Part shown: positions 10,305-18,814 of the stretch, in pieces
How positions within the stretch are numbered: the first letter of the stretch is position 1
How the letters are laid out: every line of letters starts with the position of its first letter
Origin: Chiloscyllium plagiosum
Taxonomy: Eukaryota
Assembly: GCF_004010195.1 (NCBI RefSeq)
Contig: NC_057718.1
Span: 102,818,932-102,838,931, forward strand
Reading direction: 5' to 3'
DNA length: 20,000 bases
Notes under the pieces: generated by a model
Told to the model about the DNA's origin: nothing
Databases searched by the model: none
The model's input: the letters and a program-made list of their open reading frames with translations, nothing else
Made by a program: the position numbers and the translations under genes

Positions 10305-10693
10305 GTTATCTACATTTTAAGTTCAGGATGTTCCAAAATTCCGTACAGTATTTAAAGTGTGGTCACAGCTGTATGCCAGCAGGCAAATTGCACACAGGAA
10401 GCTTCCACAAACAGGAATAGGATGGTGACCAGATACTCTGTTCTTATGATGTTGATTGAGAGATAAATATTAGCCAGGACACTGGAGATGACACCACGGC
10501 TTGTCTTCATGTCACAGGATCTTTTACATCCACGAGAGAGAACAGCTTAATATCTATTCCAAAAGGCAGTAGCTTTAACATGTACCGTCACTCTCTGCTC
10601 TTTGATGGGCCGTTATCTGTCATTTCTGTGCTGAGTCACAGGCTGAGACCTGAACCCACAACCTCCTGTGACTGAGCATTATGAAATGAGCTA
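10305..10693 (-). mobile_element. DeuSINE (SacSINE1/AmnSINE1-like Deu domain)
   Basis: Minus strand GTGGATGTAAAAGATCC...GTGTCCTGGCTAATATTTATCTCTCAATCAACATCA...ATCTGGTCA...TGTTTGTGGAAGCTTCCTGTGTGCAATTTG matches the recalled Deu-domain consensus; B-box-like GGGTTCAGGTC near 10647-10657. Confidence 0.8.
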
Positions 10694-10711
10694 CAAATCA
10701 CTCACATAAAC

Positions 10712-10805
10712 TGATAGATGCATAGATGGATAGACATATGAATAGATGTAAAGACAGAAGGATAGATCTAAAGACAGTCAGGTTGATAGAACGATAGATG
10801 GATAG
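10712..10805. repeat. Degenerate (GATA/TAGA)n microsatellite
   Basis: Repeated ATAGATG, GATAGA and AAGACAG units. Confidence 0.7.
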
Positions 10806-11119
10806 TATTCCAAGATATTATTTAAGTGATAAACAAGCAGTAAATTTGTCATCGATTAAAGTCTGTAATGAGTTTTTATGTATCCATTCTATATTTATGT
10901 AGAAGTGTACTTGCAAAGTATGTCCTCATATTAATATTGATTTTTTTTTACTAGACATGTTCATATTATTTATCTCTTTGACTTTCAGGAATGTATGCAG
11001 AATGATCAATGTTATAAATAAAATCCAATAGTTGTAGAGTTTTCTCCAGCAGAGATTAGTGGAAAGGTGGGAGAAATGAGTAAAAACACACATGTTCAAG
11101 TGAGACAGACAGACTAACA

Positions 11120-11375
11120 GTTTTCCATTATTGACCTACTTAAGCTCTTTGTGATTTTGGACACCATCATCCAATTTTCTCTGAGCCTTCTACCTTTAAG
11201 GAGAACAATCCCAGCTTGTTCAGTCTGTGCACAGAGGCATAGCCCCTCATCCCTGGAAGCTTTATGGAAGTTCCAGAGGACCCTCTCCAAACACCCTCCA
11301 TTTCCTTGATGATGCATCAAGCCCAGAAGTAGACTCTAGTGGGCTGGGTTGGTATTTGATACAGGTTGAACATGA
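11120..11375 (-). mobile_element. Old CR1 ORF2 fragment
   Basis: Minus strand gives CLERV..NF and LKGRRLRENWMMVSKITKSL, matching CR1 LERRRLRGDLIEVFKIMKG. Confidence 0.75.
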
Positions 11376-11489
11376 ATTTATGGTTATGAACTAGAGACAG
11401 GATTCAATTTTTCAAAGCAAAATTGGAATTTTTGATTATTAACAGTCATATGGTTGCAAAAAAACTTGAGTATAGACCCAATTTGTTGA

Positions 11490-11720
11490 AAATTCTCATC
11501 TTGAATTCATCAGGACCTTTTGCAAGAAACTCAGTGGAAAAGACAACTTTAATTCTGTGTGACAGGACTGTAATGATTGGTTGGAAAGTGATTAGTAGAG
11601 GTGTTGTCATTTGAGAATGCACCAGTTCTCAGGGAAATGCCATGATAAATCAGACTCACCTGCTTGGTTTAAAGCTTAAATAAAACCTGGCAGTCAACTG
11701 TCAATTATCATTAACTGGTA
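11490..11720. mobile_element. Penelope-like family D copy with internal inversion
   Basis: 11490-11627 is colinear with 9185-9310; 11628-11719 is the reverse complement of the sequence that follows in the 9300-9397 copy. Confidence 0.65.
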
Positions 11721-12664
11721 GAGAAGACACTTTGATTAATCAGGAGTGGATTGCAACAATTTTGGGGGTTTTAAAATAAAGAGGTTTGTGGACACCACTG
11801 AACCAATTATAATTAGATTTAAGGCACACAGTACACCTCCATAGTGACTGGCAAAGGATGTTTGCAATGATCAGTGGCCATTTCACAACTCATTGCACAT
11901 GACACGGAGCCAGCCAAGTTGCGCAAAATTAGTAAGGCTCACAGAAATCCATCAATGTCTCTTAAAATTCAATTCACTGTAATCCGCCACTCCAAAATAT
12001 AATTATGCTCATTTATGAGATATTTAAGACCTCCAGAATCAATCGAGTCTACCCAATCGGGGACACACTTAGTCCTATCCATGGCTCGTAATAAGATAAC
12101 AACTGTTCTTTACCAGGGATTGATATTATCGCATTGCATTTCAAATCATCAATCCCTCTCATGTGATTGATCCTGTCAACAAAAGGATTAGAAAATAGAG
12201 GACAACTGATATGAGATGAATTATTTTCGATTTAAGGTCATTATGTGGAATTTTAGATACCACTACTCAAGAATGTAATTGGATCTAATATTGATTGATT
12301 TTTGAATTACTTTGAACAATTGCTGCTTAAGTGTATAATTTTATGGTCCTGCAGAAAGTATTTTGTATGCCCGCACGCCCAAGAAGAATGAGCTAGAGAG
12401 GAATCATTAAAGTTTTGTAAAGTTACGGAGCAAAAACTCATTGTATCCCACCACAGTGGGGAGGTGATGGCTGAAAACCATAAAGTTGAATTATGATCAT
12501 GAATAACTTGAAGCAACACAGGTCATATTAAACTGACAAAGTTTATATACACATATATAATAGAGAACATAATTTAAACAAGCTTTGAATTTTGATGCAA
12601 CTGCCTCAAATGGAAACCTTTCACAAGGGGAATATATTTTTTAAAGGGTTCTGAAGTTTTTTTC

Positions 12665-12900
12665 TTCAAACTTGAACGGGGACATCGTTAGCAAGGCCTT
12701 AATTATTTTTGGCCATCTTTAATCATTCTTGACCTGAATGACTGACAAAGTCAGAGGGCAGTGAAGAATCAACCACATCGCTGTGGGTCTAGAGTTACAA
12801 GTAGGTCAGGCCAGAGTAAGGACAGCAGATTTCCTTCCCAATTATTAACAGTTGCAATGGTCATTGTTGAAACTAACACAACTGAATTTAAATTCCACTA
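12665..12900 (-). mobile_element. tRNA-headed shark SINE (same family as 443-780), partial
   Basis: TCAGAGGGCAGTGAAGAATCAACCACATCGCTGTGGGTCTAGAGTTACAAGTAGGTCAGGCCAG..AAGGACAGCAGATTTCCTTCCC is the reverse complement of the core at 610-690. Confidence 0.75.
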
Positions 12901-12911
12901 AATTTTGTGGG

Positions 12912-13051
12912 TGTTGTTCTTAGGGCTAAAAGGGATCAAGGGGTGTGGGGAGAAAGCAGGAACAGGGGACTGAGCTGGATGATGGGATTGAATGGTGGAG
13001 CAGGTTTGTCGGGCCGAATGGCCTACTCCGCCTGTTTTCTATGTTTCTATG
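12912..13051 (+). mobile_element. CR1 LINE 3' end
   Basis: GGGATCAAGGG..GGGGAGAAAGCAGG...GAATGGTGGAGCAGG..GGGCCGAATGGCCTACTCC followed by a (TTCTATGT)2 tail. Confidence 0.85.
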
Positions 13052-13204
13052 GATTGGATTGAGTGAAAGCTATCTTCTGTAATGGGACAAGGAATTCCTT
13101 TGTTGCCTGGATCATCCATTTCCCAATTACTCTCCATCCATTATTGTCCTGAAATCTTGTCCCTTGAGTTGCCTGACAAGTCTGAACAAAAGCAGTGTAT
13201 GCTT

Positions 13205-13493
13205 GGGCCAACATGGTGGCTCAGTGGTTAGCACTGCTGTCTTGCAGTGCCAAAGACCTGGGTTTGATTCCACCCTCAAATGGCTGCCTCTGTGGAGTTT
13301 GCACATTCTCCCTCTGTCTGTGTGAGTTTCCTCCAGATGCTCTGGTTTCCAAAGATGTGGAGGTTAGGGTGGATAGGTCATGCTAAATTGTGCAGCATAG
13401 GTGGGTTAGCCATGGGGTGAGGCTGGGTGGGATGCCTTTTTGAGGGTTGGTACTGAACAGCTTATTTTTGTAGGGTACGCATTCTATGATTCT
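13205..13493 (+). mobile_element. HE1-type V-SINE, older copy
   Basis: A box TGGCTCAGTGG, B box GGTTTGATTCC, decayed V-domain, ATTCTATGATTCT tail. Confidence 0.85.
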
Positions 13494-13811
13494 TGAGATA
13501 ATTCTCAGTGCATCCACTCAACAAATTCTCTTGTGGTTTCATGGGCACAATCTGTGGATCCAAAAGGGGAAATGAATAATTTCAGATACTTTGCTTATTG
13601 TGTCAGAAACCCATCAGTCTAAAGCAAAGCCTGATCCAAGGTGAAAGTCACGTTGTTTTGTGAGGATTATGTGCAATTATTAAGGTTGGGATTCAAACCT
13701 CGTCTGTGTTGTAGCTTAATAACAAATAAGAATTAAGAATTAACTTGTTGGTTGCAGGATTGATGTCGACAAGAGGATCCTGAGTTTTAAAGAAAAGCGG
13801 AAACATTGCAA

Positions 13812-14148
13812 CATAAACAGCGAAGTATTTCAGAGGCTGGGAATCCAAAATGGAAACAGATGAGGCTGGAAATTGTCCACAAGCCGGACATAGTGAGAAA
13901 AAGAGCTGGCGTCTTTCTGTTCTAATGAGAGCTCATCAAACCTTTAGCCTTCATCAGTTTCCTAATGAAGGGCTTTTGCCCAAAATGTCAATTTTCCTGC
14001 TTCTCAGATGCTGCCTGACCTGCACCAGCACCACTCTAATCTAGACTCTGATTTCCAGCATCTGCAGTCCTCACTTTTGCCTAACCTTTAGCCCTGTTTC
14101 CTTCTCCAGCTATGCTGCTTCACTGTGGAATACTTCCAACATTTTCTG
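13812..14148. mobile_element. Old palindromic Penelope-like remnant (family B), host to a younger insertion
   Basis: GTTCTAATGAGAGCTCATCAAACC..TTAGCCCTGTTTCCTTCTCCAGCTATGCTGC resembles the family B hammerhead region; decayed left arm at 13812-13905. Confidence 0.5.
13950..14082 (+). mobile_element. Penelope-like insertion (family A)
   Basis: CTAATGA-A-GGGC-TTTT-GCCC-AAAATGTC...CAGCATCTGCAGTCCTCACTTT; perfect 11-bp TSD AACCTTTAGCC at 13939-13949 and 14083-14093. Confidence 0.8.
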
Positions 14149-14759
14149 CCATAATGTCATCCCTGTTGGTGGAAGACTCAGTTTCAATATGACAAATATG
14201 CAATCAAATTGAAAAATTCACTTAAATAATGATTCTGCTCTGAATACGACCTGCATTCATATCAAAACTGATGGTGGGCTGTTGGCAGTTTCTGTTTGAC
14301 TTGTAATGTTTTTATAACTTGCTTTCACATTGAATAGTGGTAGGTCTTTATTATCATGGCTATTTATAGTCCATTTGAATATGCTGTATGTGCCAGGCTT
14401 CGTGATTGTAATGACTGTGAAATTGTCAGAGTTCACGGTCATTACTCTGTGAAATTATCAGTAACTTTGGCTTCCACACATTTGCTGTTAAAGAGGGAAA
14501 CTCAGAAATTACTGTCAGTGATTCCCTCTCGGCCTTAGGTTATGTTGTTGAAGCTAAGATTTTAGAAATTGCTTGGTTAAGCAGCAACTTTCACTTTTTA
14601 TGTTATTCATCTGTCTGAAAATATTTGCTTTAGAAAGCTGTAACTTGTTTGATGTGTAACTCACTCTTCATTAACTCACTCTTCATTTTTGTACTAATAC
14701 ATTATTAGTCAGACTGGTGGAACACTCAAGTTGAGTTTTTCTGTAAAAGGGACTAATCC

Positions 14760-14793
14760 TGTCAAACTTTTTCATCTTGTACTCTTCAGGACA
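14760..14793 (-). ncRNA. Minimal type I hammerhead ribozyme motif (PLE-associated)
   Basis: Minus strand TGTC-CTGAAGA-GTACAAGAT-GAAA-AAGTT-T-GACA: stem I TGTC/GACA, intact CUGANGA and GAAA boxes, very short stem II; activity unproven. Confidence 0.5.
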
Positions 14794-14949
14794 ATTTGCA
14801 AGAATGCCAATTCAAGGGGAAAGTCACCGTTTACACTGCATTAGAGGACTGTACTAATTAGTTGGCATGTGGACTATGATTTGTAGAGGTTTTGTCATGA
14901 CGAATGTACATATTATTGCTGATTGACAGTTAAATGCCTGGCTTAACTT

Positions 14950-15172
14950 AGTTACAAATCACACAACACCAGGTTATAGTCCAACAGGTTTAATTGGAAG
15001 CACTAGCTCTCAGAGCGCCGCTCCTTCATCAGGTGGTTGTCTCCAATCAGGTGGATGAAGGAGCGGCGCTCTGAAAGCTAGTGCTTCCAATGAAACCTTT
15101 TGGACTACAACCTGGTGTTGTCTGATTTGTAACTTTGTACACCCCAGTCCAACACCAACACCTCCAAATTAT
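14950..15172. mobile_element. Palindromic Penelope-like insertion (family C)
   Basis: 81-bp inverted arms at 14950-15030 and 15054-15134 with 5 mismatches; each arm has a hammerhead motif with stem II GGAGC-GGC-GCTCT. Confidence 0.85.
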
Positions 15173-16148
15173 GGCTTTATTTAAATTTTAAACCAGGCAG
15201 TTTGACTCCGATTGCTCTGAGAAACGGTCCAGCGAATGGCTGTCATCTATTTTGGTGAGTTAAAACAAGTGCATCATGTTCTTGCAAAAACAAAGAACTT
15301 TTTGGACCCAAAAATAACTAATATTATACTTGCAGAATGCCAAATTTCTCCATTATAGTCAGAAATGTTCAAAATTGTTTGTTAAGCAATAATCCATCTA
15401 TTAATCCCAAGAGTAAAAATCAACCTTTATTTTGTTCTGTTAAAAATGGTTAACAACTGATGTGTAATCCATACCTTATATTTCCCAGTCTGCTGTCTGT
15501 GAGAATCCTTCAATGTGATTGGCTGCTGAGCATTTGTGATGAAATCAATGTCACTGGGGTTCCCTACAGCTAGAGATGGAATGAAATTAACATTGACCTT
15601 GGTGAAATCCTTACCACAGAGATCATTAGATTCACAGGCAACCTCCATCAGAGTCAGCAATGACCATAGTTACTTTGTGCTGACATCAAAATTCAGGTCA
15701 TTTTATACTTAGATTTGATCATCCACCTCTTGTTTAAAATTGTCATGGTGTAGAGTTTCCACTCGATTGTCAGAACGTCACAAAGAATGGCAGAATTTTC
15801 AGCACAAATTAAGTTTAGCGCAAACTGAGTTTCTGTGACCTTTGTTGCTGGTTTAGAAACCAGTTAACTTAGAGCTGCTGACATTAACGTAGCTAGCCGC
15901 ACCCAAGCACACTTTACTCACCTGAGCTGGTTTCTGTTCATTGTGCCTGTTTGTTGGCCCTTTCTCTTGGCACAAAGACACCAACAAGCACAAGACTGCC
16001 TCACTTAAATATATCAATTAAACCCACAAAAGGCAACTATTTTGCAAAAATGATTTCATTTCAAACTGCTGTCAGATTGAAGTGTTTTATGCAAAGTGTA
16101 AATTTTTGTCCTCAGTTCCTTGGTCCTTTCACGAGTGAGAAGGGTGTG

Positions 16149-16367
16149 TCAGCAGGTCTGGCAACATCTGGGGAGAGAGAAAACAGAGTTGTTTCGATAT
16201 GATTGTTCTTCAAAATACTCTTCTTCAGGGGATCTGAAGAAGACTCATATCAGACTCAAAACATTAACTCTGTTTCACTCTCCACAGTTGCTGCCAGACC
16301 TGCTGAGCTTCTCCAGATATCTCTGTCTTTGTCTCAGCTTTGCAACATCCACAGTATTTTGCCTTTA
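16149..16367. mobile_element. Palindromic Penelope-like remnant (family B)
   Basis: TCAGCAGGTCTGGCAAC..GAGAGAAAACAGAGTT is inverted against AACTCTGTTTCACTCTC..TGCCAGACCTGCTGA; centre TCTTCTTCAG-GGGAT-CTGAAGAAGA. Confidence 0.8.
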
Positions 16368-16389
16368 TTATGGGAACATTTTTGCTTTA

Positions 16390-16520
16390 TTTACTCTGGA
16401 AACACCTCTCAAGATTTTGAGCGCTTCGATCAGATGTCCCCTCGACATTCTCTTTTCCAAGGAGAACAGTCCCATCTTTCACCTCTTTTCACCCCTCTAC
16501 CTGAAATCTTTCTCCCCTCC
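16390..16520 (-). mobile_element. Old CR1 ORF2 fragment
   Basis: Minus strand GLFSLEKRMSRGHLIEALKILRG. Confidence 0.7.
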
Positions 16521-16658
16521 TTTAAGACCCACGTCAGTGACCAGGTTTTACCTCTCTCTCCTCAATATCTTCGTCCGATATACAGTGCTGAACATTATTT
16601 GATCACCATCCCTGTGAATGCACCGTTTGCAAATGGACGGTCTCCCAAAACTAACATA

Positions 16659-16856
16659 AGGAGAGAGTGAGGGCTACAGATGCTGGAGAGTCAGAGTTGA
16701 GAGTGTGGTGCTGGAAAAGCACAGTAGGTCAGGCAGCATCTGAGGAGCAGGAGAGTTGACGTTTCGGGCATAAGCCCTTGTTCATTTCAAAACATTGACT
16801 CTCCTGCTCCTCGGATGCTGCCTGACTTGCTGTGCTTTTCCAGCACCACACTTTTC
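16659..16856 (-). mobile_element. Palindromic Penelope-like insertion (family A)
   Basis: Arms about 16702-16766 and 16788-16852; minus strand GGGC-TTAT-GCCC-GAAACGTC; 19-bp TSD at 16644-16662 and 16860-16878. Confidence 0.85.
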
Positions 16857-16943
16857 CACCCCAAAACTGTTATAAGGAAACTTTTGTTTGCTCTCTGAGT
16901 GCGTCATCGATCTGTGGACTTCTTTTCCGCATTAAGTACTTGG

Positions 16944-17170
16944 TGAAATAACTCCACAGAGGCTGGTATCCCGTCACCAAGTCACTGTTTATTTACATGA
17001 GGAGGGTCCTTGACACTGATCCAGCTCCCTCAGAGCCAGCTCTCAGACTGAGCAGAACCTCTGACACGCCTGTTTATATCTGTCAGCCAGGGCTCCCTGA
17101 TTGGACCAGATTAACAGCCCCAATCAGATTCCATGAGGTCCACCTGGCTGACCTCATTCCAAGCACTATG
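16944..17170 (-). mobile_element. Probable solo LTR of an LTR retrotransposon
   Basis: On the minus strand, in order: two CCAAT boxes (17097-17127), TATAAA (17073-17078), AATAAA (16988-16993), terminal CA at 16944. Near-TSD CTTGG/CTGGG. It cleanly splits a CR1 fragment; the 5' TG is not preserved. Confidence 0.7.
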
Positions 17171-17596
17171 CTGGGTTGTTGTGTTTGCTCAAAGCAGAGT
17201 TTGATAGATTTTTGACAGACAAGGGAGTCAAAGGTCATGGGGATGGGGGAGGCAGACAAGTCAATGGATTGCAATGAGATCAGCCATGACCAAGACAAAC
17301 AGGTTTGAGAGACAGATGGTCTGCTGCTGAAGTGCTATGGAATGCCTTGCGATATCCTCCATGCCTAATCCATATCAAAATATATGATGTTGCAACTTTA
17401 ACTTTTTTCCAATCTATCTAACGACGGAAGAAAACCTTATGGAAGTGTCACATTGGGAACTAACTGGATACAAAGGGGTGTGGTTTGGATCATAAACCTC
17501 TCACTGATGACTGTGACGTTCCTTGAGCCTGCAGAAACTGTGTATTGAGTTTCATAGTTCCTCGCTCCACAGTTACTGAAAAGATTGTATGGACTG

Positions 17597-17610
17597 CCAG
17601 GAGATGGCAG
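17597..17610 (+). promoter_or_regulatory. CTCF-like core motif
   Basis: CCAGGAGATGGCAG versus consensus CCASYAGRKGGCRS (one mismatch), in repeat-free DNA. Confidence 0.4.
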
Positions 17611-18261
17611 TGTTGTACAGCACAGCAGGGTTGTGACAGAGAGACAGATTACCTGGGATTTAGTAGCACGAGTCCTGCTAAGGCTCCTGTTATAAAATGA
17701 GGGCATGTGATTTTCATTGCAGTTCAGCTCCAGGTTTCCAGGGTAAAATAGAGCAGGAAATTGGAAGGGGATCTGTTCCATTCATTCTCCTCCAAGTGTG
17801 CACAGATTCCTGGCTGGAAACCACCTGGGGACTGGGTGCTTCTTCCTGAGCTCAGGTGAAAGCTCAAAAGCTGTGTAAATGTCACTTCAAAGACTATTAA
17901 AGTCTCCAACAAATGACACTGAATACTGCTGCCTTCCCATGTAATACACCCTGATGTTGTCCAGGTGTAGAGGTAGAGGCAGGTTTACCCAATTTGGGAG
18001 AGATTACATCAGTGCTGCAGGTTTGGCATTGTGCCCAGGTACTGGCACCTTTGCACCTTCCTCTTTGGATCCAGGTATACCCATCCTAATTTGAAGGAGA
18101 GTTTACTGATTGCAGAGGCTGTAAGCTGGGGAGTGAACCCAGGCTCGATTGGGAATGCCTGTCTAACTTTACCCTGGCTATTCTTTCCCTGAGTCTCTCC
18201 CATCAGTACATCACACTTCCAGTGGCAATGCACAAAAGAAGGTAGACCAGGGTGATTAAGA

Positions 18262-18591
18262 GGGGCAGCACAGTGTCTCAGTGGTTAGCGCTGCTGCCTC
18301 ACAGTGCCAGGGACCCGAGTTCAGTCCCAGCCTCAGACAACTGTCTCTGTGGAGTTTGTACATTCTCCCCGTGTCTGTGTGGGTTTCCTCCGGGTGCTCC
18401 GGTTTCCTCCCACAATTCAAAGATGCACATTAGCCATACTAAATTCCCCCATAGTGTGCAGGGGATGAGCAGGTTCGGTAAATATAGGGTTATAGGGGTA
18501 GGGGTGGTGGGTCTGGTTAGGATGCTCTTTGCAGGGTCGGCATGGATTTGATGGGCTGAATGGCCTGCTTCCACACTGTAAGGATTCTATG
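18262..18591 (+). mobile_element. HE1-type V-SINE, near full length
   Basis: tRNA head GGGGCAGCACAGTGTCTCAGTGGTTAGC, intact V-domain GTGGGTTTCCTCCGGGTGCTCCGGTTTCCTCCCAC, tail GGCCTGCTTCCACACTGTAAGGATTCTATG. Confidence 0.9.
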
Positions 18592-18814
18592 AAGAGCCTT
18601 CAATAGTTCCACCACATGGCACTAACCATGTCTGTCAGCTGTGGCACACTCCTTTAGCCACAGCTTACCAATTACTCAGATGAAGAAACATGTCCAATTG
18701 CTCCATCTAAACATGCTCCTTAAAATCATGACGCCTCCTGGAGATGAACTGCAAAATTACAACTGTCCTGTGGGTTTGGCACGTTGAAATTTTCTAAATC
18801 TTTGGTTAGGATCC

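Larger units (their letters stand above)
14758..15330 (-). mobile_element. Penelope-like element 3' region (family D), interrupted by a family C palindrome
   Basis: Colinear with 9175-9445 on both sides of the 14950-15172 insertion. Confidence 0.65.
16630..17330 (+). mobile_element. Old CR1 3' fragment interrupted by a PLE palindrome and a solo LTR
   Basis: Pieces at 16630-16662, 16860-16943 and 17171-17330 (AAAGCAGAGTTTGATAGATTTTTG..AAGGGAGTCAAAGG..GATCAGCCATGA). Confidence 0.6.

Noticed and set aside
12115..12157. 10-bp inverted repeat AGGGATTGAT/ATCAATCCCT
   Set aside because: Too short and isolated to call an RNA structure; plausible by chance.
14415..14461. 15-bp direct repeat CTGTGAAATTRTCAG
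   Set aside because: Only two copies; no assignable factor or element.
15789..15960. Possible DNA-transposon terminus GGCAGAATTTT (also about 9446)
   Set aside because: No matching inverted terminus or TSD found.
15951..16670. ORFs of 83, 160 and 155 aa
   Set aside because: They span PLE and antisense CR1 remnants and have non-ATG starts.
16659..16856. MITE or pre-miRNA interpretation of the palindromes
   Set aside because: Arms are asymmetric, TSDs are long and variable, and hammerhead motifs are present, which fits PLE fold-backs. miRNA status cannot be supported without reads.
18075..18120. Plus-strand micro-exon (YTHPNLKESLLIAEA) and other isolated donors (9651, 9745)
   Set aside because: Splice-like signals only; no recognisable protein and no supportable exon chain.
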